Counted from the stretch's first letter, positions 38,878 through 53,530 are shown. The stretch: 64,000 nucleotides of DNA from Octopus sinensis (GCF_006345805.1 NC_042999.1:145638001-145702000); one strand, 5' to 3'. Numbers and translations: made by a program. Notes: generated by a model not told the origin, from the sequence alone.

Positions 38878-41849
38878 GTTCACTGCCTGGAATCGAACTC
38901 AGCCATATGCCCGTGGGTAATTATGGAGTAAATTTTATGGCTTATAAGTCTAATATTTTCCTAATAATCATGTTGCAAGATTGGATAGTTGTGTAAATAC
39001 TTTTAACACTCAGAGATGAAGTAAGAAAGCTCCGCGCTTCTATTGAATGTATACGGCCGGCTCGTCTTGTCCGTTTGCTCTAGAGCTATATCCACAACAT
39101 GTAACACAATATAGACGATCTTTTAAGAAATAACAGCAAACTTTCCTTCAAATCACATCCTAAAGTCTTAAAATAATGGAGGCCATAATAAATAATGTAG
39201 ACTCGCATATATACTGTGCATGAAAATATTGACACGATCACAAAGGGAATACTTTTGTTATTTTTTCCTCGTGACGAAATTAATTATAGTCACATTGATT
39301 TCCCTTATAGTAAATATTCTCAGAGAAGTGTTAAGGCTAATAACAAGCACCAGAGCAACTACAATTTACAATGTAGGGGGAAGAAATGAAGTACTGCAAA
39401 ATAACAATCCGGGGTTGTTCAACTCCACCTTTTAAGACCTTTCTGCTTATTGTCATTTTAAGCCCAGTACTTTATATTTTAAGAACAGGCCACCGTTAGT
39501 GCAATTCTCGCATTAATCCTCGTATTAACCCAACACTATTTTATGATATTGTATCCCTTGTACAGAGGGGATGGACCTTATATATGGACCTTTATGATGT
39601 TTCTGTGACTGTTTTAGGTATATTGGGACAGGAGACTTCATACAAATGCTTCCAATTTAGAAGAATCTACTAGAACACATAAAAACGGAGTGTTGGCATT
39701 AAACCGGGCGAAGGATTAAGATTTCCACTCAACCCACATAAGCTACGTGAACTCAGATAGCTAAGAGTTTGTGGAACAAATACTTGTCCGACTTTCTATT
39801 GATTTAGCCTGTTCCTAAACTGAGCAAAGTTAAAAGTAAAAAGTGGGATTTGATCGCAAGAAACTGGGATAAATACCAAAAGACATTCGGGCTGATGTCC
39901 GATTAAAGCCTTCTAATTTGTGGTCTTATTAATTAATGGAAACCATATTCTAATTTATTGGAATTTGTACTTGCAGAATAACAAGGTGTTAAAAATTGTA
40001 CGCAATTTATTTAGTCTGAATTTCTCTAACTTTGGCTAACAAGCAGCTTTTAAACTATTCATTTGTTACATTGGAGCAAAGCCAGAAAACTGCAAACAAG
40101 GTTAGAGGAATTTAAATCGATGCCCGGTCAAGCCTTACATTAATTTTATCAACAATGATAAAGTTGATGCTACTAAAATGTGAATTATAAATATAGTGAC
40201 GAGATATGCATCAGCAACGAATAAAATAACTGAAAACTGAAACTGGATAAAATTGACTTGTCATTTGACTCCTAGTCAAGCCTGATTGGACAGAAATATT
40301 ATCAAAGGCAATTCAACCATGACCATCCTGTCGTTTATTATAGATATCTGCAACTATATTATCTAATGTGTTTCCTTATTTAAGATTCGAGGCTGGTTTC
40401 TCTGTTATATCTGTTAAAGAGAGAGGCCTCTTAGAACACCGTCATTAACATAGAATATCTTTAAATTAGCGAAGAGTGACACAATGAAATATGGAGAGGT
40501 GTTTCAATGAAATATGGCAGGGTGTCTCAAGAGTGACACAATGAAACATGGGAAAGTGTTACAATCTCTGCAACACCACCCCTTCCTTTTAAATGAGTAT
40601 ATTTTAAAAGATTTTCCGAAAGCATCCTTGAAAAGATAATATTTCAGTATAAATCTTAAAAATTCATGAGTTGGAATAAACAAGTGTTGATCTAAGTAGT
40701 TTGGAGTGAGATTTCTTGCAGTGGAAAATTAGTTTCATGCAGAAATGAATATTTAGATAGGTAAGTAAGACAAGTATTGTCACGTATTTGTAAACATTTA
40801 AAGTCGTTAATGAAACAGCGAATGCGCAAAGCCTTTTGATCGCTGAATCGAATGCCTCGAGATAATTGTTCCGACTCTCTATGATTTAATTCCAAATCCC
40901 GCTAATGTCAACTTTGACTTTCATACTTTCAGAGTCGAATAAGTACTAATCCAGGGCGGCAGATAAGTAAAATTCTTAGAGAGTCAGCCAAAATGCCTTG
41001 CTGTAGTAATTTCGCTATTTTGCGTTCTGCTCAGCAAGAACTGAGACGGCATTCGTGGCGAACTGTATCTGTCTGTGTCCATGACTTCTACTTCGGTTAT
41101 ACATCGGTGGCATGCAGAAGGAAGCTTGTATACATATGCAACTGTCGGTATTCCTCAAAATAATATTTCCTGAGCCTGCATGCGTGCGCAGACGCATGTC
41201 CAACTTTAACTGAGGGAGACTTATTCTCACTCTCTCTCCTTATGTGTGTGTATGTACGTGTATTATATTGTAAATCATTAAAAGTTATAACTTAGTGGTG
41301 TTTTCTGTAACGTATAGATTCTCATACATTCAATCCTTTTAAAAGTGTGTCAGTAACTACAGCAACGCGATAAAAGGAAATAATCAGATATTATTTTAGT
41401 CGACGACTTGAAACTACTCTTGCTCGGCGAAAATAATCGCAAAACGGACTTAATTTTCTGCCAGATTAAACTGATACGAAATCAACAATTCTAAGTTAAC
41501 AGCAGAAGTTTTAAATAATTACTGTGCAAGCATTACACTGATAATTCAAGTCAAATGAAAGAAAATGACATTAACAAACGTACACTATTTCGTCTATTAT
41601 ATGTCTCATTCAGGTAATGTGTTGCAATTATTGCAAAATTATGTAGGCTAAGGAAAGATTAAATGCTTTGCGATATTTAGTCATGTGTTACTTCGATCAG
41701 AACTAATTACATTATATCCAAGTGCATTAGAAAGTATCAATAGTATTTTGAATAAAAATAAAGTACCATGATTTAGTTTTACAGCGTGGATATCTTACAC
41801 CGACAGGGATCAATAAAATGAATAAAATAAATACATCAAGTTAAAAATC

Positions 41850-42165
41850 AAGTTGACGATTTTACATGCCTCAGTTCTGAGATACCACAACTGAAAAAGG
41901 ATGTCAATATCCAGTCAGCCAAAGCATAGTAACCCTTAAACAAACTGGATATTGTCTGGAAAGCATCCCTGTCAGACAACCTTAAGACAAATTTTGTCCG
42001 TGCAATAGTAAAGTCAGTCCTTTTATAGAGAGCAACAGCCTGGACGCTTACCAAATATATGGACTCATAGCTAGATGGAACTTACACGTGAATTTTAAGA
42101 CCAGTCTGGAACATATCTTGGGGAATAATCCCACAAAGAAACAGCTGTATGAAGGTCTCCTGGCA
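41850..42165 (+). mobile_element. RTE-group LINE, RT C-terminal fragment
   Basis: KDVNIQSAKA..PLNKLDIVWKASLSDNLKTNFVRAIVKSVLL..ATAWTLTKYMDS*LDGTYT...NISW...PTKKQLY. Confidence 0.8.
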
Positions 42166-42190
42166 CTCTTTCTCGTTTCTCTGATATTCG

Positions 42191-42293
42191 CATGCCATTA
42201 GGAGTTATATGCCCATCCGAACATGTCATTAGGAGTTATATGCCCATCCGAACATGCCATTAGGAGTTATATGCCCATCCGAACATGTCATTA
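42191..42293. repeat. 31-bp minisatellite, 3.3 copies
   Basis: Unit CATG(C/T)CATTAGGAGTTATATGCCCATCCGAA starts at 42191, 42222 and 42253, with a partial copy at 42284. Confidence 0.95.
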
Positions 42294-43059
42294 CTGGTCA
42301 ACTTAGACAAAAAGGTAATGACGATTGAAAAGTTAATCCCATAGTCAATATCCTTGTCTACAACCCACCAACTGCATCGATCCATGTATTAAAACATATT
42401 TGTATAAACTCTCGTATATCATACTAGCTCTGCCTGCTTCATTTTGTTTCGCATAGTTGTCAGTTTACAATCAGACTGGTAGTTGCGTAACTCTTTCTTC
42501 GGCTGATAAACAAAACTTTGAGGAGAGCTGCTTCTGAGAGATCTTTCAAGGAGGAAGTCTGCTGCAATTTTGGCAGTGCATAAACAAATAACCTTGCTTT
42601 GTTTTTAAATATCGAAACTCCGTTAAAGATGCACCTTTCGTGGTTATGAAACATTGTCAGTCGATTTCTGTTTAGAAATTCCCTATTAATGACAACGCGA
42701 GCAGATTAGAATCTATTTCCTTCATTTGACAATAAATGTATAAATGTGTGCGCGTATGTGTGTGGATTACACGTGTATTTGCTGTTCTTAGTTTTGTTTA
42801 AGGCACAAATTTGTATTTTCAGATATTAAATTTTGACTGTCTGCGAGTTTTGAGGCTGGGGACTTTATTGTCATTTTTATTGATTAACTTCCTTTCGTTT
42901 AATTCGTTTACGTGTGTTCAAATATTAACTGACTGTTTTCTTTTAGAGGAACATAATCAGCGGCTACGCCATTTATTATTCCTCTAACAGATGAATCTTT
43001 ACCTAATAAAATATAATACAAAAATATTCAGAAAATATATTGAAATGAAGTTTTAAACA

Positions 43060-43226
43060 AACCATCTCTGAACGACCGTAAACTTACCATGTTTATAAAA
43101 TAAACTCCAAAAAGATGAAATGCAAAGTTGAACTCGGCGGAATTTGAACTCTAAAATGTAAAGACGGACGAAATGCTCCTAAGTATTTTACCCGATGTGC
43201 TAACGGTTCTGCCAGCTCATCGTCTT
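43060..43226 (-). mobile_element. SINE family A, reverse orientation, partial
   Basis: AAAGTTGAACTCGGCGGAATTTGAACTC...GCTAACGGTTCTGCCAGCTC matches 2465-2695. Confidence 0.8.
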
Positions 43227-43227
43227 A

Positions 43228-43806
<579 letters not shown>

Positions 43807-44869
43807 GTTGTAGTATTAGTATTAGTTTTAGTGGTAGTAGTAGTAGTATTAGTAGTAGTTGTGGTTGTAGTAGTAGTAGTAGTAATTGTTTCAAATTTTT
43901 CCACAAGGGCAACGATTTTGGGGGAGGGGATGAGTCGATTACATCGAGCCCGAAGGAATGAAGGGCAAATTCGACCTCGACGATTAATAATAATAATAAT
44001 AATATAATAATAATAATAATACTAATAATAATGATGATGATGATGACGACGATGATGACGATGATGATGATGATGATGATCGCTAACAATTAAAATATTT
44101 CAAACGTTGAGGAGATATTTTTCTATTATGATTCAGTATACGTCTGGGATGCTTCACAGACTAATAAATAAACTTGGCTGTCACTTTATTTTATCACTAA
44201 ATGCTACAATGCGTTCCTTCATTGTTCTGCCGACTCTGTTATCTTTCATCCCTACCTTGTAGCCACACAGATATTGGATATTTCGAAGATAGGCACAGAT
44301 ACAGCAACCTTAGCGCTTTATTGGAGTTTCTTATGAAGGATGAAAAACAAAAGCCAATTTGGGCGAGATTTGAAATCAGGAAGTGAAAGACAAGAGTTTA
44401 AACAAGTTTTAGTGTTATATAATTTCTTTACACAAAAAATAAATAAACAACAAAAAACTGCTTCTTAATTTTGCACTTAGGCACTGTTTTTTATTTACAT
44501 AGAGTTACAATTTTTTAATGTTTGATGAAGAGTGATCAGTATATAATTACTACAAAGAACATGATATAAGTAGGAAAATATACAAGAATCAATGCATGCT
44601 GTTTCTTAAAAAAATACTTTGTTCTTGAGTTAAGATACATACATACATACATACATACATATAGGATACGAACATACATATATATATGCACACACACACG
44701 CACACACATACGCACGCACACACACACACATGCACACACATATATACATGCATACACAAACACACAAACACACATCCGCACAGAGGTGTAAGTATGATTG
44801 TGTGATATGCTTCCAAGCCAAAAGCTTTTGTGTGGACTTCGTAGACGGAAACTGAAAGAAGCACGTCGA

Positions 44870-44958
<89 letters not shown>

Positions 44959-44966
44959 CATGTGTG

Positions 44967-44998
<32 letters not shown>

Positions 44999-47559
44999 TA
45001 TATGTATGTATGCATGCATATATGTATATATATTGAGCAATCTGCAGAACACTGCATCCTATGAGTATAGGGAATTGCAAATATTTTAAGAGATAAAAGC
45101 TTTTGAATACTGGAGTTATTCCGCTGAATTTTTTTTTGTCAATTTATAACAAATAGAAACAAATGAATTTTACTATATAAATAAATAGTTAATTTATTTT
45201 TTCCAATATCTCTGGGTTGTATTTAACGCCATGATGTATGATTCGGAATCTGAATAGGGATATCAGATAGCTGACAGCAACACGCTTTTGCTTCATCGGA
45301 AGTCACACTTAGCAACCACTTTATCGTTTGGAAGCACTTATCGGATTAAAGAAAGTTTCCCAAAAGGATGATGCCGCTTTCTGGGCTCTTAAAACGGGTA
45401 ACGCATAAACTAGGAAGCTGGGTGTATGTTTGTTGGTGACAGTAAAGTAGTGCGTGTAACTAACTAATGTTATGAAGAATATTCACCAGCATTGCATATA
45501 TAATATTTTAATGTTTTACAATGCAGAGAATTTTAGTTCCTGACTGGAATCTAAACGCACCAACTAGAAAATAAAAGAATGTTTTTGCGTTTGCGTTAGA
45601 AAAGAACATACAATATCTTACATGTAATCTTTAGCACTATTCCTTATAATGTTCTTACACTGAAATTGCCTGGTGAAATATATTAAAACTGTTATATTAA
45701 ACAATGGGTTCTACAGTCATAGACTGCAATATTTTATGAATGCCTTTCGACGCTGACTAACGATCATATTTCCAGAGTGTTTAATAACTCAACTGTCTCT
45801 AAATCCAATTATGAAAACTGGCAAATTCTTCTATTGACGTTGTAATTGTTGGTATAATGTTTTCTGATGAATTTAATTTTCAACCGACAAAGAAAAAGAC
45901 AAAAATATTAATTTCTTTTGACAAGATGATTTTCGAAGCTGCGACATTCATGATTTCTTTCATCGCTTTCAAATTATTGTAAGAAATTCTTACAAGACAA
46001 TTGTGGCTGCAGTAAAATAGAGATAAAATTGTGCCATAGTAAGCTACTCAAAAACGACCAAGCACTTATTCATGCTCTGTTGTTAACAAAAGAGTCTAGT
46101 TGATGGGTATATTTTCATAATGAATATTTCTTTTATATGAGTGACACCTAAAAAATAAGCAATCTAAAACTATCCCTTCAAAAGGGAACTATGGCAGTCT
46201 GGTAAATTAATACCGTTGATATTCAATTTTGATACTTCGTAGCTAATTGTTTAGAGAGAAGCTTCGGAAAGAATATATTTCTTGGAGATTAAATTTGGAA
46301 AAGTGTGAGGCATTGTACGTCTGATAAACTGGAGGAGGGGAAAAAAACATTTGAATGAGTTTGCAACATTCAGAAAAACCATTATAGATTTGATAGAAGG
46401 GAGTGAGAATGAGAGAAAGGATGGAAAATTATTTGAATAATGTTAGTGAATGAAGGTTCCTTCTGTCGCGTGAGAGGACGACGATTAAATCTTATGTGGA
46501 ATTTAGTACGGCGCTCTTAAGTCTCTTACATCTCTTATCTACTGAATAAATCTATAGTGCGTCATTTTAATCTATACTATGATAAAAGCCACGTCCCTCT
46601 GTCTGTCTGTCTTCCGCCTGTCCGTCACACTTTTCTTCAGTACTATGAGGGAGAAATTCAAGCAGCTAATTTGAAAGAATGGTATCACATATACTAAGAT
46701 TAAATAATTCTATTGAAATGGGAGATAAAAGGAAAGAGAGAGAGAGAGAGAGAGAGGGGGGGAGGGAGGTGACTGAAAGGAGAAGAAAAATGTTTATCAG
46801 TATTTTCAGATTAGACTGATACATACAAAGAAAAATAGATACATAGATAAAAAAATGTAGATATATATATATATATATACACATTGTTAAATTAAAAGCG
46901 GAAAAGAGAAGGGAGACAGAGGAAGTGAGAGAGAAAGAGAGACAGTGAGAGAGACACTAGATACATGGATGGAAAGAAAAGTTGGCACATAGATACATAG
47001 ACTCAGATTGCAGTATTCTAACTGTGGGCGACATTGGGGACTCGTTTCCCTTATTTGAAGCTCTTTCAGCAGTCGTCCGATTTGCGACAAATACCAACCA
47101 AATCTCCTTCAAATGATACCCTCCTGTGTTAGTGTATCTCAGACAACACGGTTGTATTTTAATAAGACAGCAGGATAGGAAGGAATATGTGAGAAAATAG
47201 AATAAAATAGCTATTTAAAATACAATAAAGGTAGGAGTACAAGGAGGTTTAATTTTCTGTAATAGGTTGATGGATATTAAAAATGTTTGAGGTTCACAGA
47301 TATGAAAGCTTTAAAGGTTCGTGGATATCAAGGTTCGTGGGAGGTAATTGTATCTAAATTTATTATTACCTGTATGTTTTAATAAATATTTGCTCATTAA
47401 TATTCATACTATAATAATGGACACGAAGCAGAATCTATAGTGATGTTTCAAAATAATTATGTGCACTGAAAAAATCCGTGCACGCTTTTATTTTGATAAA
47501 TTTGAAGTCACTACCTAAACACACATTTTCTTATTTTTTGTACCTATTAAAACCCTGTT

Positions 47560-48445
47560 ATGATTATTGATATTGCTAGCCAGAGAAGAGAATCAGCATG
47601 AGTTCTTCAACAGGAGAGGCGAAGAAGACTGAGCAGTGATCGATGAGAAGCTGCAAGAAGAACATATGCTGCACGATGGAGAGAAGCGCGGGCTAACTTG
47701 AACTATGCACGACGCTCCGAAATTTTACTACAGGACTTTCAACAACATACAGTAGCAAGAGGATTTATTTCACGGGAAAGACGAGAAATTTCAGATCAAA
47801 ATGCTGAACAACATCGCGCAGAAATTTTACATCAAAATGCTGAACAACATCACGAGAGAATTTATCACAGGAAAGAAGAGAAGAAATTCTTCATCAAGAT
47901 GCTCAACAACATCGTGCAGCCCGAGAGAATTTATCACAGGCAAGAAGAGAAGAATTTCTATCAGTGGTCTACCTCTGCATGAGATTAAATTAAAAGTTGG
48001 AGTACCAATAAAGTTATTCAGAAATCTTGATCACAAAAACGGTCATTGTAATGGCACAAAGTATAACATTGTAACTGCAAATAACAATCTAATAACAGCA
48101 AAAAAAAAAAGTGATTGGAGTTGTTGTGGGACAAATTGTTCTGATTCCTCGGATCAGTTTAATGCCTTCTGATTCTGACTTTACATCCACATTACATACA
48201 CTTGCTTTTGCAGTTTCTATAAACAAAAGCCAAGGGGTCTGTCAAAATGTGGCATTTACTTACCAAATCCAGTTTTCACTCAAGGTCAATTATAAGTTAC
48301 TATAAGCAGGGTTGGAAACCCACACAAGATAAGAATTTAAGCTGACTATAATGGGTTCCCTAGTTACAATTCAAATCCAAGACGTCGGGAGCATCATGAT
48401 ACACAGAAACTAACTAGAAATGTTGTATATACTGAAGTTGTCTAA
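47560..48445 (+). mobile_element. Helitron, internally deleted: N-terminal R/E/Q-rich repeats fused to the Pif1-helicase C-terminus
   Basis: ~23-aa repeat RENLSQERREEILHQDAQQHRAA up to ~47959. It is followed by ISGLPLHEIKLKVGVPIKLFRNL...NGHCNGT, LIPRISL, AFAVSINKSQG, VFTQGQL and TRNVVYTEV. Confidence 0.88.
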
Positions 48446-50098
48446 ATGTAAAAACCTCCCTGTATATACACCTTATATAATAAGATTATGTTGTATGTGT
48501 TCAGTATACAAATATTGTAATATTTATTTGTTATATGGAGATTTGCGGATTAATTATTTAAAACAAACAGTTTAAAGATGAGTTTCAATAAGTACACATT
48601 CTATTTCCATTTTATTTTCAAATGTAATTGCTTGGGAGCAGGAGAGTTAAATATCAAAGCCAAGCATTAGCTAATTTTGCATTGGTTGTGCACACACTCA
48701 ATTGTTCTTGAGTAGTTGCTGATTATTATTTATTATTTAATTCTTGTGAATTTATCCTGTGTGTATAAAATATTTAATAAAATTGTATAATACACACGCA
48801 CACACACACACACACCACACACACACACATATATATATATATAAAAATATGTAAGACGGGTTATTGATACTTTCAATTACTTTTGGCTATACATGAGAAA
48901 AAATAGGACATTAAACTATACATCGTTTAACGTGTGCCCTAGTTAGACATAAAAACTCCCTATTCTAAAGTGATTAAGAAATGATATATTTATATAAATT
49001 TCAATGTCTTTAAATAAACTGAAGCTGGAGGAACTGGAAAGTGAAACTATTTGATTTATCCAAATAGGCAACGATTTCCTAATCCACAGTATTTCAATTT
49101 TTCTAGGTTTATCATTGAATTTAGACAATGGGATAATGCCACAACTTCACAAGTATAGTGTTTAATTGGCAAAATTTATGCCAGTAAGTAACTGATATCA
49201 TTTTATCTAACCTGTAAAATAGAGCAGAGGAACGAAACTAAATACTTAGAGAAACAGCCCAGTGCATCTCTGTATTCAAAACTCTGTAGTTTTGTATTTC
49301 AATAGAATATTAACGAAAGAATCGAGAATTTGACAGCTAGATCCACGAAGACATCTCAGCATATGAACATGGAGCTTGAATAATTGAAGTCTGATAAAGA
49401 GAATTTTATGCTAATGCCTTATAACTGTTAAAAGAAGAGGGAAATTGAATTTCTTTAAATTTCGCACCTTATGACTATGACTGAGAGGATATAAGGCTGA
49501 TAATGTTGGTTTGGATGTATTCAGTATCTAATCGAAAATCAATGTATACATACGTACACACACGCGCGCGCACACACACATTTATACAATCAAATAATCC
49601 TGCCTTATTCATAAAACAAAGGAAAATATAAAATGCTCATCTTTTGCATATAGAAAAGAGACACGTTTGTAATTTCATTTTCAGTATTCGCTGAAGCATT
49701 TGAAGTTAAGAAGAGAAATCAAAGCTTGTTTCTTTTGTAAGGAAAAAAATCAGTTTTTGTCAGCATAAAAGAAATATCTGGTAATTTATTAATAAAATAT
49801 TCGATAATAAATAAAACAATGCGGTTTACTAACATCTCTTTACTGTCAACGGGAAGACTTGCCTATAACGCATTTTCGTGTTTTCTCCAAATAACAAAAT
49901 ACTGACATTAATCTATTAAAGTATATAGTTACGCCAAAATGTTATACACGTCGCTTTCGGGAGGAGTGTATAAAGTTTGCAATTAGATTAGCGAGGGCAA
50001 AATCTTTATGAATTCTACCTGTCAACAGGTGAAAACTGCACAGCATACACACATCATATACATACACACAAACGCACAAAAAAAGACACACAGATACA

Positions 50099-50161
<63 letters not shown>

Positions 50162-51498
50162 TTTTCTTTCTTTCTTTCTCTCTCTCTCTCTCATACACAC
50201 ACGCACGCACACACACACATACACCCATTCACTAACACACCCATACCAATAACAACATATTTTCAATTCGAGAATGACGAATTCTCGGCTGTTCCTGGAT
50301 AGCAGCGCTAATGACATAGTATTTCAAGAATTATTATACAAATACATATATATTTTGAATTTACTTGCAAGAATTTTGATCCGAGATCATGTGTTGAAAC
50401 CAATACTATTATATTTGAGAAGACTCTTGATAATGCGTACAAACACAACCACCTGTCGTTGTCTATATTTTTTTCACTTTTCCAAAGCAGCTATTGTTTA
50501 GTTGTGACCCACCAAATATTTTTCTTCATTTCTCTGTAGCCTTTTATGCAGATGGATAATTTTAAAGGCTTAATTGTTCGTCTTTAACACATGCAGCAGT
50601 AAAATAATTGTAATTCTTCAAGTGATCTGAAACTCTGGTTATTGATTGCTTAGCATTATGAGATATAAGTAGTTATGAAAGGATACTAACAAAAACAAGG
50701 TTAATTAGAAAAATCAATGTTCCAACATTAACCTACTTCATGTCTCGGTCCAGGTGTGATAGAATATTGTCAGGCTGTCTTGAAAATTAAATTTGCTTCT
50801 TGGGAATAATGCACCAAATCGCTATTCGACCTCGATCATCTGAAAGATAAAGTCCTACCAGTTTTTATACCTCCAAACACAATCAGCGTGATTCGTTCTA
50901 TGAATTAGAGTGAATCTTTGTACAAAAGAGTAAGCTCCAAGATCATGACTGCAAATCTTGTATAAAAGAATTATTGGCGTGATCATCAGATCGCTCTTGG
51001 AAATTAGCATTATGGTACTAAGTGGTACAATGAATCTGGAGTAAAATCTATCAAAACTACAAAACAAAATATACAGATATGTGCATGCTCTATCTCTTAA
51101 TACTTGCACATATACTCATAAACATGCACAACTACTCTGATGATGTTGTTGAAATTTCAATGGAGGGGTTTGGATCTAGGCGACATACCGACTATTTTTT
51201 CCATTGGCAAGGAATCTTGAAATAGCATTAAATAAATAGACGTGAATACATACTGTTATATCCTTATGGATAAATGAATACACTACAGCAGTATAATAAT
51301 ACAATAATCGAAACAAACAGCGGTAACCACACGGTACGTAACAGCAATATTTTAAGAACCAACAATCTAACACGCTAATCGGAACTGTAAACTTTGAACT
51401 CCAACTTTGTACGATCAACACACGAACTGTGGAATTAGCACGTACTACCTCAGTTACTCAGACTGCTACAATATATATGTGCAGTGATCCAGTCCATT

Positions 51499-51516
51499 CT
51501 CGCCAGGGGGCGTCAT
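51499..51516 (+). promoter_or_regulatory. Candidate CTCF-binding motif
   Basis: CTCGCCAGGGGGCGTCAT fits the CTCF core consensus CCASYAGRKGGCRS apart from its end positions. Confidence 0.35.
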
Positions 51517-52507
51517 ACTCTTGCACAACACATAGGCATATGATTAAGCGTACGTTTGTGCATGTGAGTTAGTGATTACAATTTTGTTTTATTTTTATCA
51601 TGCATGTGTGGTTAAAAAGATTACGTATTTTTAAGTCATTATTGTCCCTTTTATGACGTAATTTTTTAATTGCGTGAAATGAATCTAATTGAACGCAGAA
51701 ATTGATGTCAATGCGTCAGTTCCAATACACGGCTTTGTTCAATAAAAGAAAATTAACAATTATGATTATATATAGAGATAGAATTTACGAATATATATTA
51801 ACAGACACAACTATCTCTATCCATCTATCAATCTCCTACACACTTTAGCTCACACGATCACACTTTCTCTATATGTATATGCATAAACACATGCACGCGT
51901 ACATATATATATGGTGATCTAAAAGTGCTTTTAGCAATATGTTATGGAGATCTAAAGCTATACAACACAACATGACTGTACTATAATTATGTTCATACAA
52001 AAAAGCGGATAAATAAAATAAGAGATGAACCGGTGAGTGTTAAAAGCATCAAACATTTAAAAAAAGCTATACAGATATAAGTACAAATGTAATTAAGGAA
52101 AAAAACGGAAATCAGGTAAGTGAGACATTATAGTAGATCTTCATGTATGATGTGTCGATGTCCTGAAAGTTCACTCTAATCCCTAAGATAAGAACGCAAA
52201 ATTCGTATAATTGATAGGTCGGGAGGTATCTAGAGAATTCATATTAGAACTTGACAACTAGGAGGAAAGAAAATAGCGGTAATCTTTTAAAGCTGTATCT
52301 GGCGTTTGTTGCTCATTAAATGCAATACTGTGCATTGGGTTTACATATAATTGAAACAAATTGACGTTTTCAAATGTAGATGAAATATCAAAAAATTGCA
52401 TTATATTAACACTCGTCACGTCATTGGAAGGAAATAAAATTTTTGTTGTTGAATACACGCACACACACGCATGCACACACACACACGCACACAGGCACAA
52501 ACACACA

Positions 52508-52574
<67 letters not shown>

Positions 52575-52976
52575 GTATGCAACGAAAACACACACACATA
52601 AAACAAAACGTAGCAATTCATCACATTTAGTTGTCGCTGTAACTCTTTTACAACACGTGGTTCATTATCACATGATTTCAAGTTTCGTTGGCACAAAACA
52701 CGCATCAACACGTGCTCTGAATCAAAGGGCAAATGTGTACATGTGGGAGTTGCGTCAAAATCATAATTTAACCAAGTAGTAAAATATAGAACGATACAAC
52801 AAGGGGGGGGGGGGGTCAGATTAGAATAAATACAGAAGTCGGTATAAACTATGAAAAATAATCTGAAAGTTATGCTCCAACAAAATCCGAAATCAATAAT
52901 AATAGTAAGAAGTGAAACTAATAAAACAATACATAGATACATACATACATACATGCACACACACACACACACACAC

Positions 52977-53014
<38 letters not shown>

Positions 53015-53138
53015 ATAAAAACTTACTTGGAGAAGAGAAATAGAGAAAAGGGAAACTTTACGAAAATAAACAAAAGACGAAGGCAGGTGAAGTACAAACA
53101 AACAAATGTATTAGTGTAGCGCTCAGGAATAGAAAAAG

Positions 53139-53176
53139 TCTTTTACGTTTCGAGCCTACGCTCTTCGACAGAAAGA
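53139..53176 (-). ncRNA. Minimal type I hammerhead ribozyme motif (Penelope-type) with one core substitution
   Basis: Minus strand reads UCUUU-CUGUCGA-A-GAGC-GUAG-GCUC-GAAA-C-GUA-AAAGA: 5-bp stem I, 4-bp stem II, palindromic ACGU stem III and a GUA cleavage triplet. Confidence 0.6.
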
Positions 53177-53217
53177 TACACAGAAAAAAAACAAGGACAT
53201 ACACACATACACACATA

Positions 53218-53317
<100 letters not shown>

Positions 53318-53530
53318 TGCGGAGGGATATAGCGACTATCATGAAAGCAATAATAATAAAGATAATGAGCAAAATATATAAAACAAACACAGACATTATT
53401 TCTAATAATGAAAACGTAGATAACTTTATACATGGAAAATGTGATTGCGCTAGGAGAACGCAATGCAAATTTTAAAATATCTATAAGGTAAGAAATACAA
53501 CTGTCTTCGTCTTTTGGTTTCTGTAAATTC

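Noticed and set aside
41015-41230. GC-elevated patch with short ORFs on both strands
   Set aside because: No recognisable motif, splice signals or repeat partner; not distinguishable from chance.
42191-42293. CRISPR-like 31-bp direct repeats
   Set aside because: The units are contiguous with no spacers, there are no cas genes and the context is eukaryotic.
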